Below are positions 50,542 to 60,525 of a stretch of 64,000 nt of DNA, one piece after another. This DNA is from Azolla caroliniana (lineage: Eukaryota > Plantae > Polypodiophyta). The notes under the pieces are model-generated. The model did no database searches and had not been told where the DNA came from. It saw only the letters and a list, made by a program, of their open reading frames with translations. The position numbers and the translations under genes were made by a program. The stretch is from NCBI GenBank assembly GCA_043228905.1, contig JBHGNT010000016.1, forward strand, positions 10,478,001 to 10,542,000. Reading direction: 5' to 3'. How positions within the stretch are numbered: position 1 is the first letter of the stretch; each line of letters starts with the position of its first letter.

Positions 50542-50553
50542 TTGAACCGATTT
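50542..50553 (+). promoter_or_regulatory. Self-priming PBS
   Basis: TTGAACCGATTT is the exact reverse complement of AAATCGGTTCAA at 50293-50304, about 30 nt after the LTR TATA box. There is no TGG tRNA-type PBS. Confidence 0.85.
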
Positions 50554-50639
50554 TGGGTGCCTGTCTGGTCTTTTCTCTCCCTCTTCCTTCTGTCTCCCTC
50601 CTTTCCTACTAGTCTCTTATTTCCCTTTTCCTTCATCCC

Positions 50640-51809
50640 ATGGCCACCGTTAGCGCTGAAGAGTATCAATCCGTTTTCTCGGAATTTCAATGCTTGAAAG
50701 AGAAGTTTCATGCTTTGGAACAAGAAAATCAACGCTTGTTGGGGGATCTTCAGCAAATTTCCTTAGAAAAGCAGCAAACGCAACAACAGCATGGGGAACT
50801 TGCGTTACGCGTGCAACAACTCGAAGCAACCATCGTAGCAATGCAACAACAAGGGCACGGAGCACAAGGGATTCATAAAGAACCCAAGATTGGCCTTCCC
50901 ACGAAGTTCGATGGAACGCGATCGCAGTTTAGAGGGTTTCTTAACCAGGTACGGTTAGTTATTCAAATGCATCCGTCCCGATATCCCACCGATGCATCAC
51001 GAGTGGGTTTAGTAGGCACGTTGTTAAATGGCTCAGCATTAGCATGGTTCGCTCCGCTACTAGAAAAGGAATCTCCAGTACTAAATAATTTTGAAGAATT
51101 CATAAGTGAGTTTAAAGCATGTTTTGGAGATACTGACAGCATAAGGACTGCAATCAACAAAATCTGGCGATTACGCCAAGGTGACCGTCCAGCCTCCGCA
51201 TATGCTGCAGATTTCCGACTACTCGCCGCCGATATCCCCTGGGATGATCAAGCATTGATGGAGCAGTTCCGCTATGGTCTACGCAACGATGTCAAGGATT
51301 TACTCTTGACTTTCCCTGAAGAGCCAAAATCATTAACAGAAGCAATCAGTCGAGCGGTAAGATGTGACAACCGCCTCTTCGAGCGACGTTCGGAACGACA
51401 ATTTCAGATGCCGAGGGCAAGATCCGAGCCTACCTATGCCTCAGTGGTAGCAAAACCTTTTCAAAGGGAGTCACATAATGCGCCTCCAGTAAGTACTCCA
51501 ACTCCAATGGAAATTGACACTACACGTCGTCGTGGGCCGCTATCGGAGGAGGAAAAGCAACGACGCCGAACAAACCGATTATGCCTTTATTGCGGTGGAC
51601 CAGGGCATATCGCGATAAACTGTCCCCATAGACCAAGAAGGCAGGTAAACCAAGTCGTTGTTAGTTCTGACTATACTAAACCCGAGTCTATTTCAGTAGG
51701 AATCTCTGATAGTCCTCATAGTCATAATAGTCCTAATAGTACTAATAGTCCGAATCTCGCAAACAAATTTGATGTCCTTAGCCAATTAGAAGAAGAGTTA
51801 AACGACTAA
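50640..51809 (+). CDS. gag: Gag polyprotein (coiled coil, retrotransposon capsid, CCHC knuckle)
   Basis: 389-aa ORF with PKIGLPTKFDG, ALAWF, LRQG, CLYCGGPGHIAINC. Confidence 0.95.
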   Translation: MATVSAEEYQSVFSEFQCLKEKFHALEQENQRLLGDLQQISLEKQQTQQQHGELALRVQQLEATIVAMQQQGHGAQGIHKEPKIGLPTKFDGTRSQFRGFLNQVRLVIQMHPSRYPTDASRVGLVGTLLNGSALAWFAPLLEKESPVLNNFEEFISEFKACFGDTDSIRTAINKIWRLRQGDRPASAYAADFRLLAADIPWDDQALMEQFRYGLRNDVKDLLLTFPEEPKSLTEAISRAVRCDNRLFERRSERQFQMPRARSEPTYASVVAKPFQRESHNAPPVSTPTPMEIDTTRRRGPLSEEEKQRRRTNRLCLYCGGPGHIAINCPHRPRRQVNQVVVSSDYTKPESISVGISDSPHSHNSPNSTNSPNLANKFDVLSQLEEELND

Positions 51810-54800
51810 GTCCAGCCAAAATAGGAGCCGTTTGGTTGGACAGCCCTAGATCTGTGCAGCCCATTAGTGGTTCCATTCCCTCTAAGCAAGTTAGTGATGT
51901 GTTCGTAGCCCAAGTAGCAGTTAGTACTAAAAGTACCCCTCCAGTACATACCTTAGCCCTTCTAGATTCCGGAGCTAATTCTTGCTTCATGGATAGGAAT
52001 TTTTCCCGAGCTCATCAGATATCTCTCAGAAAGCTCCCATGTCCAGCCTCAATAGTAGTCATTGATGGTCGTCCCATTGCTTCTGGTAATATCATAGAAG
52101 AGTCGGAACCCGTTAATATTGTCCTAGATAACTTAACATGTGTAGTATCATTTAATATTATTAGTATTCCAGAACATCCCATAGTTTTAGGATTACCATG
52201 GTTCGAGTTACATAACCCAGACATAGATTGGAGGACAAGGGAAATCCGGTTGCGACAAACCCAAGGATCTACCCAGAAGGTTGCAACCATTTCGCTACAT
52301 CAGTTGCGTGAGGAAGGGCGCAAGGAGGAAATGTTTCTCTTCGCAATATCAGTACAACCCTCCAGCACCACCAAAGAGGAGTCCACCGTTCAACTTCCCG
52401 AGAAGTATCGTCAGTATGTTGATGTGTTCGATAAAGTACAAGCCAACACACTTCCTCATCATCGGCCGTACGATTGCGCCATCGACTTACAACCGGGAAA
52501 AGAGCCGCCATGGGGGCCGATCTACAATTTGTCACCAACCGAGCTAGAAGTCCTCCGAGCCTATATAGAGGAGAATTTGGAGAACGGTTTCATTCGGCAT
52601 TCGAAATCTCCAGCCGGTGCACCCATTTTCTTCGTCAAGAAAAAAGATGGCTCGCTTCGACTCGTTGTAGATTACCGTGGCTTGAATAAGGTCACAGTAA
52701 GAAATAGGTATGCTCTTCCCCTTATCTCAAGTCTTTTAGAACGGATCAACGGTGCCAGGTTCTTTACGAAGATCGACTTACGAGGAGCCTATAACCTCGT
52801 ACGGATCCGACCAGGAGATGAATGGAAGACCGCGTTTCGCACCAGATATGGGCACTTCGAGTATACGGTCATGCCGTTCGGACTCACTAATGCGCCGGCA
52901 GTCTTCCAGCACATGGCGAATGATATATTTCGAGATCTCTTGGATGATTTTTTGATCATCTATTTGGATGATCTACTGGTTTATTCAAAGACCCAAGAAG
53001 AACATGATTCTCATGTACTATTAGTACTAAAACGACTTCGAGAACATGGTCTGTATGCAAAGTTAGAGAAATGTAGTTTCGGGTGCAACCAAGTGGAATT
53101 TCTCGGCTATGTCATCTCCTCAGAAGGCATATCTATGGACCCAGCCAAGGTGAAAACGGTGATAGAATGGCACACTCCGCGTTCGGTGCGGGATGTGCAA
53201 TGCTTCCTAGGCTTTGCAAATTTTTACCGGAAGTTCATACAAAATTACTCAAAAATTGTGCTGCCTCTCACACAGCTCACCAGGAAGGGACAATCATTCA
53301 TTTGGTCTAAAGAGACGGACATGGCTTTCGAGAGTCTTAAGAAGGCGTTTACATCAGCTCCAATTTTAGGTCATGTGGATCCGGAAAAACCATTCATTAT
53401 CGAAGCTGACGCATCGGATTTCGCATTGGGGAGCATTCTGTCACAACAGGGTAACGACGAGAAGCTACATCCTGTGGCTTTCCACTCCCGTAAGTTTGAC
53501 GCCGCCGAAATCAACTACGAAATTCATGATAAAGAGCTATTAGCAATAGTTGATTCTTTTATGCAATGGAGGCATTTCCTGGAGGGATCTCCTCATCAGG
53601 TCACTGTATTCAGTGACCACAAGAACCTTGCCTACTTTCAAGATGCTCGTGTACTGAATCGACGTCAAGCTCGGTGGGCCCACTTCCTCACACGCTTCGA
53701 CTTCAAAATTACATATCGTCCGGGGAAGCACCAAGGGAAGGCAGATGCATTATCACGGCGTTCGTATCTAACACCACGTCCCGGTGAGCCAGCTTTCGAT
53801 AACCAGAAGCAAGTAATCTTGGGTCCAGCACGACTGCAAGCAGCACAGGTCTTTGACATGCCCGTGGATTCCGACATTACCAATACTATACGTGAGGACT
53901 TGAAGACTGACGCTTTCGCCCAAGCTATACTAGCACAAATTGACCCCTCTCGAGCGTCATGTTCACAATCACAATCACCAGGTACGGATTATCGGCAATT
54001 CAAATACTGTGATGGATTACTCTTCTTTAAAGAACTTTTGTATGTTCCTAATGGTTCTTGCCGCCTTCGAGTAGTACAAAATTGCCATGACACATATACA
54101 GCAGGACATTTTGGTAGTACTAAAACATTAGATTTAGTACAACGATCATTCTGGTGGCCCCGTATGCGACAATTTGTCGAAGATTTTGTTCGGACTTGCG
54201 ATACATGCTGCAGAGCGAAAATGCCAAGACATCATCCATATGGTTTATTAGAACCATTACCAATTCCAAGCAAGCCATGGCAATCCATTGCTCTTGACTT
54301 CATTACAGATCTTCCAGTCTCTAAGGGATTCAGTGCGATTCTCACAGTGGTGGATCGATATACGAAGATGGCTCATTTCTTACCATGTACTAAAGAAATA
54401 TCTAGTGAAGACACCGCCGAAATTGTCATGCGGGAAGTATGTCGGCATCATGGACTCCCTGATAATATCATCAACGATCGTGGACCCCAGTTTGTGTCAA
54501 AATTCTGGAAGCACCTTTTTAAAATGCTGAAGGTCACTTGTAACCTCTCCTCCGGCTACCACCCACAAACCGACGGTCAAGCCGAACGAACAAATCAAAC
54601 ACTGGAGCAGTATCTGCGGTGCTTTCTCAACTATCATCAGAATGACTGGGCAGATATTCTTCAGTTCGCCGAATTTGCCTATAATAACACTATCCACGCA
54701 TCGACTAAAGTCACGCCATTCTACGCTTATACGGGATATCATCCCTGGTGGTGTGTCCTTGAAACCCCAGAAGTGTCCACAAATCCTTGCGCGGAGGATC

Positions 54801-55393
54801 GTTTGGAGCGGTTACGCAAGATACAAGCGGATTTATCTACTCAACTCCAGCAAGCTCAACAATCACACAAGGACTACGCAGATCGTCATCGACTTCCATC
54901 CAGTTTTAACATTGGAGATTGGGTGTGGCTGCTACGACGACACATCAAGACTACTCGCCCATGTGAGAAGTTGGATTATCGGCGATTAGGTCCTTTCCGT
55001 ATTATCGGGAAGATTAATGATGTCGCTTTTCGTCTCGAGCTACCTCCGCAACTTCAGATACATCCGGTGTTTCATAGTTCTCTCCTCGAACCCTATCACG
55101 AGAGCACTATCCCAGGACGTACTATACAACCACCACCTCCTATCGAGCTCGAAGATGGACCTGAGTATGAGGTCGCTGCCATCCTCGATTCCAAGATTGT
55201 TCGCAACAAGCTCTACTATCTAGTCGATTGGCTAGGATATAGTCCCAGCGAGCGTACTTGGGAACCGATCGAGAATGTGACCAATGCTCGTGCTCTTCTA
55301 GAAGACTTCCATCGACGATATCTCGAGAAACCGGGTCCTCAATCCAAAACGACTCGTGGAACTCGTCGTTTTAAAGGGGGGATAGTGTCATAA
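51782..55393 (+). CDS. pol: Pol polyprotein (protease-RT-RNase H-integrase-chromodomain), likely expressed by -1 frameshift
   Basis: Frame is open from 51782. LLDSGA, YLDD, EADASDF, HHCC, DDE core, GPF, chromodomain EYEVAAILDS...YLVDWLGY...TWEP. Confidence 0.96.
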   Translation, partial: PIRRRVKRLSPAKIGAVWLDSPRSVQPISGSIPSKQVSDVFVAQVAVSTKSTPPVHTLALLDSGANSCFMDRNFSRAHQISLRKLPCPASIVVIDGRPIASGNIIEESEPVNIVLDNLTCVVSFNIISIPEHPIVLGLPWFELHNPDIDWRTREIRLRQTQGSTQKVATISLHQLREEGRKEEMFLFAISVQPSSTTKEESTVQLPEKYRQYVDVFDKVQANTLPHHRPYDCAIDLQPGKEPPWGPIYNLSPTELEVLRAYIEENLENGFIRHSKSPAGAPIFFVKKKDGSLRLVVDYRGLNKVTVRNRYALPLISSLLERINGARFFTKIDLRGAYNLVRIRPGDEWKTAFRTRYGHFEYTVMPFGLTNAPAVFQHMANDIFRDLLDDFLIIYLDDLLVYSKTQEEHDSHVLLVLKRLREHGLYAKLEKCSFGCNQVEFLGYVISSEGISMDPAKVKTVIEWHTPRSVRDVQCFLGFANFYRKFIQNYSKIVLPLTQLTRKGQSFIWSKETDMAFESLKKAFTSAPILGHVDPEKPFIIEADASDFALGSILSQQGNDEKLHPVAFHSRKFDAAEINYEIHDKELLAIVDSFMQWRHFLEGSPHQVTVFSDHKNLAYFQDARVLNRRQARWAHFLTRFDFKITYRPGKHQGKADALSRRSYLTPRPGEPAFDNQKQVILGPARLQAAQVFDMPVDSDITNTIREDLKTDAFAQAILAQIDPSRASCSQSQSPGTDYRQFKYCDGLLFFKELLYVPNGSCRLRVVQNCHDTYTAGHFGSTKTLDLVQRSFWWPRMRQFVEDFVRTCDTCCRAKMPRHHPYGLLEPLPIPSKPWQSIALDFITDLPVSKGFSAILTVVDRYTKMAHFLPCTKEISSEDTAEIVMREVCRHHGLPDNIINDRGPQFVSKFWKHLFKMLKVTCNLSSGYHPQTDGQAERTNQTLEQYLRCFLNYHQNDWADILQFAEFAYNNTIHASTKVTPFYAYTGYHPWWCVLETPEVSTNPCAEDRLERLRKIQADLSTQLQQAQQSHKDYADRHRLPSSFNIGDWVWLLRRHIKTTRPCEKLDYRRLGPFRIIGKINDVAFRLELPPQLQIHPVFHSSLLEPYHESTIPGRTIQPPPPIELEDGPEYEVAAILDSKIVRNKLYYLVDWLGYSPSERTWEPIENVTNARALLEDFHRRYLEKPGPQSKTTRGTRRFKGGIVS
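51797..51850 (+). promoter_or_regulatory. -1 ribosomal frameshift signal
   Basis: G TTA AAC heptamer in the gag frame, 6-nt spacer, 11-bp stem GTCCAGCCAAA/TTTGGTTGGAC. Loop TAGG can pair with downstream CCTA. Confidence 0.8.
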
Positions 55394-55843
55394 CTAGACT
55401 CGAACCCATAACCTTTTGTTACACGGGTCGAGACTTTACCATTAGGTTATGAATTGTAATTTGAAGGATATTATTTTCATTTAGGTTTTATTGGGAAATT
55501 GATGTATATTCCAGATTTCTCTGGAACATTCTAGAAACTTCAGGAGTATTCCTGAAGACACTATAAAAGGAGGCGCAAGGCATTAGTTCGAACCAAATCG
55601 GTTCAACGCCAGTCTTAAGCCTTCTAACTACTGTTGTATATCTTCCTTCATATAATACATATATCTTTCGCATCATCATTCTCTCTCTCTCTCTCTCTCT
55701 CTCTCACTCACTCATTCCTTCTCTCAAAAGTTCGACACCTCTCATAGTACTAATCCTTCTCTGTCTTAGTACTATTCCCCAACAATAGTACTAATCCTTC
55801 TTTTAGTACTAATTCCTTCTCTGCCTTAATAGAGTTCCTGACA
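55386..55843 (+). repeat. 3' LTR of intact chromovirus
   Basis: Direct repeat of 50084-50539. Confidence 0.97.
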
Positions 55844-57053
55844 GTTGCAAGATGAAGAAGGTAACCTAGAAGTGATAGCTGGAGATTGGCTTTTGGAGAT
55901 CAATGCGTGTAAGGAAGCATTGGTAAGTGCCAAGATGCAGTGTATGAAGGTGTTTGTGCAAGATTTGTGTTTTGGATTTGCATTGAGTAGCAACAAAGTT
56001 ATGTGGGCATCAACTCTTCAACAACAATTTGACCAAGAGCCAAGAGATTTACTTGTAATGCATGATTGGAGTATCATTAACTTATCACCATCAAAGGATC
56101 CACCACAACTAATCAAATGTATAAAGGAGAAGGAATCATCTATCGACATTGGCAAGCAAGAAGAGGAAAGCATAACAATTGATGAATATTCATTGGATAG
56201 GGAAAACAAATCATTCCACATGGTGTCTAAGGAGGAAGAAGAAGTCATTGAAGAGAAAAGTATTATCACCCTAAAGGGGAAAAAGAAGATGATTTCAAAC
56301 AATGTCCAAGGAGAAGAGGATCTAAGGTTTATTTCTATCTTTTTTAAGTTTACAAAGTTATTCATAAATGACTATTCACAGATAAGAGTAGAAGGCATCA
56401 AGCACCACATCAAGTTGGAGAATTTGAAGTTTGTCTCACTTATTGTGGTTGTTCCAAAGGAGAAAGACGTCAACTTCCAACCCTTGAATGATTCAACCAG
56501 ACGAGATTTATTTTTGCTTCCTTTTCAAGATGAGATTCTAGATGAAATGGTCATACATACAAAACAAGGTAATGTGGAGAATGTGGTGTGCCAAGAAGAA
56601 AGTCATGTTGATGAAGCAAAGATCGACGTAATTCAAAATATGACAATTCTGACAAGTCTCGAAGCTTTGAAGGTATTTGTACAAAAGGTTCGCTCGCTCG
56701 AAAGACTTATTCATATGTTAACATGCTTACTTCTATCAAGAGTTATGTATCACATAGACCTACTTCTGTTTGGAAAGTTGATGAAGATATACTAATTGTT
56801 GTAACCTCTTTCTTTGTGTTGACAAGGAGAAAGATGGTGATGGCAATTGTCAATGTGTATGTGTGTGTGTTTAGAAGTGTGAGGTTTTTCCTATCGACTA
56901 GCGGGGGTTTTACTCACATAGTTTGTTTCTTTTCTATTTATTTTCTCCTTCTTTGTCTATAGCCATGAATAAGGCGAAGGAGAACCTTTAGTTTTATTAG
57001 TAGCTTAGGGTTCACCATAAATGGTTCACCAAAAAGCAAGGGGGAGGGCTAAA

Positions 57054-57694
57054 TGTGAAAGTGTTTTCAGAATTCAAGGTATTGAAGTCTACAAAAATAT
57101 AAGGTATGGAGCATTCACACCCGAAGGCCAAGAACACGAGCTAAGGTTTCAAGTATAAGTCAAACTAAAAACAAGAAAGATGGAGAAAAGTAAAAGAAGG
57201 AAAAAGCAGACCACCAAAACGCAGTCAGAAACAAATGCTCGTAACTCTCTCGTTTGACACCCAAATATCACGTGTAAATATGGGTTAGAAAGCTTATGAC
57301 GAGAGCTATCCGTAGCTTTTTAAAACTCTAAATTTGGAGCATGGATGAGGGAGATATGACGATTAGAAGATCGTTGTGTCATAGCTAAGAATAGGAGATG
57401 GAAAAGCTCTAAAAAAAGCGTGGAAAAGAAAGCAAGCGAAACTTATCTACTAGAGGAGAACTTCATATAAAGCAAGAAGAGTGAGGTGGTGAGAAGAGAG
57501 CCTTTTTCTTGTGGGGTTTTTCTTGCCTATTCATGTAGTGCGTTTTTCTAGTGATCAATTGATCCTTGTAGGCTTGAGTTTATGTATCTTCTTTCTCTTG
57601 TTTCTATGATCATCACTCCTTATTAATATATCTTTGTAGATTTGGATTTCTATATCTTCCTTCTCTCTCTTTTCTATCATCTTCTCTCTTTTCA
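57054..57694 (+). repeat. 3' LTR of the non-autonomous element
   Basis: Direct repeat of 48620-49260. Confidence 0.95.
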
Positions 57695-58549
57695 CTTTGG
57701 AAAGTAAGAAGCTTGATGCTGCTCAATCTCGGTATTCGGTTCAAGAGAAAGACTTGTTTGCGGTAATACATGCACTTAAAACATGGAGGCACTATCTCAA
57801 TGGAAATAAATTTGTGGTTACAACAGACCATCAATCATTGAAGTATTTTTGTGTCCAGCCATATCTTGTTGGTCGTAAAGATTGTTGGACTCACCTTTTG
57901 CAAGATTTTGATTTTTCCATACGATATTGCAAGGGCTCTATGAACACCGTTCCAAATGCTCTTAGTCACATTCAAGAAGTTAATATGCTTAGCTTCATGG
58001 AAATAAAATCTGATCTTTTAGATCACCTTCGAGGGAAATACCTTGATAACAGTTTGATGCCACATGGGAACGCGAGCATACTCTTAAGGCACAATTTCCT
58101 CACTTCATATTGCAAGAGTGCAATCTTTTAAAGTAGGGGAGTATGTTATGTACACATAACGTTGGTGAGGGCATGTTCACTAATAGATGGGCATGACTAA
58201 AAACTAATATTTACATTAGTGAAGGGTATGTTCACTAATGTAAATATTAGGTATTTCCCTCGCAGGTATTTCACTAATGTAAATATTCTAAGTTTTTTAT
58301 GTAAATATTAGTGAACATAACCTTCTAAGTTTTTCATACCGGTGGTGCGGGCTAGGCTTTGTCTCGGCGATCGTGTTTATCTCTTCCAAGGTATTAGTCA
58401 TCCTAATATCTGGTGGTATGGGATGTAAGTGGTAGTTTGGCTATGTCTAGATCATAGCTCGGGGGTGGTCGGGTGGAACGGGTTCTTCTATCCAATCTAT
58501 TTTCCTTCTTTTACTTTAGTTTGGTCTATTGATTAGTAATAGACCCTTA

Positions 58550-60525
58550 ACACCAATTGGGCCAATAGGGCGAAGAAGGCATTAAGGAGGGGACCGACTC
58601 GGGAGTTGGGGAAAATGTGTGGTGACCCGAAGAAATACACAATGAAGAGCGGAACAAGATGCGTGCAATATGTCTGTGTAAGGGCCAAGTAACGAGCACA
58701 AAGGGGATCGATTGCGATGAGGAGTCAAAAGGTGTTCGACGTGCAGCGGTGATGGATCGAGGGAGCGGTTGGGTCGAAAAAGGTAGGGACAAGGTGCGAT
58801 ACCCGACATGCGGTCGGGAAGAACGGGAACCCGTGCCGCACATGGATATGAAGAGGCTAGAGAGCGGTACATTGGTACCACGGGAGAGGGTGCGGATCGA
58901 GCCACCCTCTCGACATGCGGAGAAAGAACGACCAGGGACAAGGTCGAGGCCGGAGATGCGATGATCACGTTCGGGAAGGGACGAACATGTCCAAAATGTC
59001 GATTCGGGATAGGCAAGCAAGGTCGAAGCTTGTGTGGAAGAGATAGCCATGGGCCGCGACGTCGAGCGAAAGTAGCTATGGACAGAGGCTGGGTAGGTGA
59101 TCCTACGACGATCTTCACACCGATCCAGAGATTCCAATGTCGAGGAAATCCTCGTGTGTTCGTGAAATGAAGCGGGACCACCGAGGTCCTGGACCGGAAG
59201 GATTCGATGTTTTTAGCAGCGTAACCGAGAAAGTATTGAAGATAGATAGATGGATGAAGAGAGAGAGAGAGAGATTGAGATAGAGATTGAACCCGTGACT
59301 TTAGTTTTATGAGACAAGATACATCACCATTAGGATAACTCCGATCTTTGATTAAAAGTTTCTTTTTTACTTACATCACTTGCCTCCCCTACACAAGCCC
59401 AACTATAGACTTTATAGGTCTGTCCATGCAAAAACCATGGGCTAAAACCACGAGCTGAAACCATGGGCTAAAACCATGGTTTTGTGCCCACTTTTTCTAT
59501 ATGTTTGCTTCCTACAAAATACTGAATATTAAAAGAAAATATACAAATTCTAAAGCACTTAGTAGTGTCTTTAGTGGTAAGTTAATTTGTCTCTTATCAT
59601 GGAGGTGCAAGGTTCAAGTCTTTTTTTTACCCCTATGTATGCACTTAAGTGTTACTAGGCTTTAGTCTTATTTTTATATTACAATTGAGCGCACATCACA
59701 CGTGCTCATGTTTAACTTTACATCTAGCTTTTCTTTTACGATTCTCATTTCGGTCCTATTTACAACATGCTAGCGTATGCGTGTGACCTTCACCCCTTTC
59801 ACATGTGGACATTGCACCTTCTCAATTTCGTTCGTTGCACACAATTTTCACATCGTTGCTGAAAATCTTCATGACACCGGTAGTCAGCCCGAGAGCCGGC
59901 GTGAGACCTAGAGAGATGGACGGTGGCGGCAGGTGAATGAAATCTTAAGATGTGATTTTACAGAGATCTACTCACTAATCCGAAGACTCCGCTGATCCGG
60001 CCCGAGAGCCGACGTGAGAACGACACAGATGTACGGTGGTGGTAGGTGAACGGGATCCTACTATGTGGTGAAATGTGAATGAGCAATCCTACGATGATCC
60101 TCAGACCGATCCCGAGACTCCGACGGTCCGGCCTAAGAGCCGACGTGAGACCAGGAGAGATGGATGGTGGCGGCAGGTGAACGGGATCCGACAAAGCAAG
60201 GACTGCAAGAGCAGAAAGAGGTATAAGGCCGGTGATGTGGCCATGAACCGGAAATGGACCCGATCGGCATGGTCAGAAGAACGAAGGATGGACGCGCAAG
60301 GTGCACGGGTCGTAGGCCTCAAAAGACAGAAGGCTCGAGAGGGATCCTCCACACCGGTTCTAGAGACCTCAGCATTTCGACTATCATGGCAACGTAAGAC
60401 TGAAGAAATGGAAGGTGGCGGTGATGGGACGAAGGCAGTAGCAACGGAGGCACCGAGCAACCAAGGTATCGCGAGGACAACGGAGGCCAAACGGGCCGAA
60501 ACGGACAAGGGTGATCCCTATACGG
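58550..60525 (+). mobile_element. Purine-rich internal region of a Trp-family element with degenerate ~110-125-bp tandem units, split by a solo LTR
   Basis: GTTGEGADRATLSTCGE is homologous to ~38025-38090. CCCGAGAGCC..CGTGAGA..GGTGGCGGCAGGTGAA recurs at ~59888, 60001 and 60132. Confidence 0.6.
59138..59876 (-). mobile_element. Solo LTR of the Trp-PBS gypsy family
   Basis: TGTCGAGG...CATGACA termini, homologous in blocks to 29104-30037. Flanks CCAA/CCGG fit a deaminated 4-bp TSD. Confidence 0.8.

Larger units (their letters stand above)
50084..55843 (+). mobile_element. Intact Ty3/gypsy chromovirus (Tcn1/Tf1-sushi-like)
   Basis: LTRs 50084-50539 and 55386-55843 are identical by eye except for one CT unit. 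Perfect TSD GTTGC. PPT AAAGGGGGGATAG. Uninterrupted gag and pol. Confidence 0.97.
49357..56795 (+). pseudogene. Single 557-aa ORF (49357-50083 + 55849-56795) split by the chromovirus insertion: gag C-terminal part, acidic linker, pol remnant
   Basis: The frames join (TTG CAA) when the insertion and one TSD copy are removed. N-terminal part is homologous to the 39140 gag. C-terminal part has IVVVPKE, VNFQPLN, LPFQDEILD and HVDEAKIDVI RT-like motifs but no YxDD. Confidence 0.8.
48620..57694 (+). mobile_element. Young non-autonomous LTR element (gag-type ORF, no functional pol)
   Basis: 641-bp LTRs 48620-49260 and 57054-57694 with about 3 differences by eye. Perfect TSD CTTTG. PBS at 49264-49281. 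PPT AAGGGGGAGGG before the 3' LTR. Confidence 0.93.
39765..58550 (+). mobile_element. Decayed chromovirus family A element hosting three direct insertions; integrase deleted
   Basis: gag-protease 40799-41983, RT 47600-48300, RNase H 48300-48619 plus 57700-58050, chromodomain end DATWEREH at ~58055, PPT 58130-58143. 3' LTR from 58144 resembles 39770-40000. Outer limits are approximate. Confidence 0.75.

Noticed and set aside
50640-55393. Domesticated PEG10/RTL-like host gene
   Set aside because: Flanked by essentially identical LTRs, a TSD, PBS and PPT, so it is a recent transposon insertion.
55845-56795. Independent 316-aa gene or env-like ORF of the chromovirus
   Set aside because: It lies outside the 3' LTR and TSD and joins in frame with 49357-50083.
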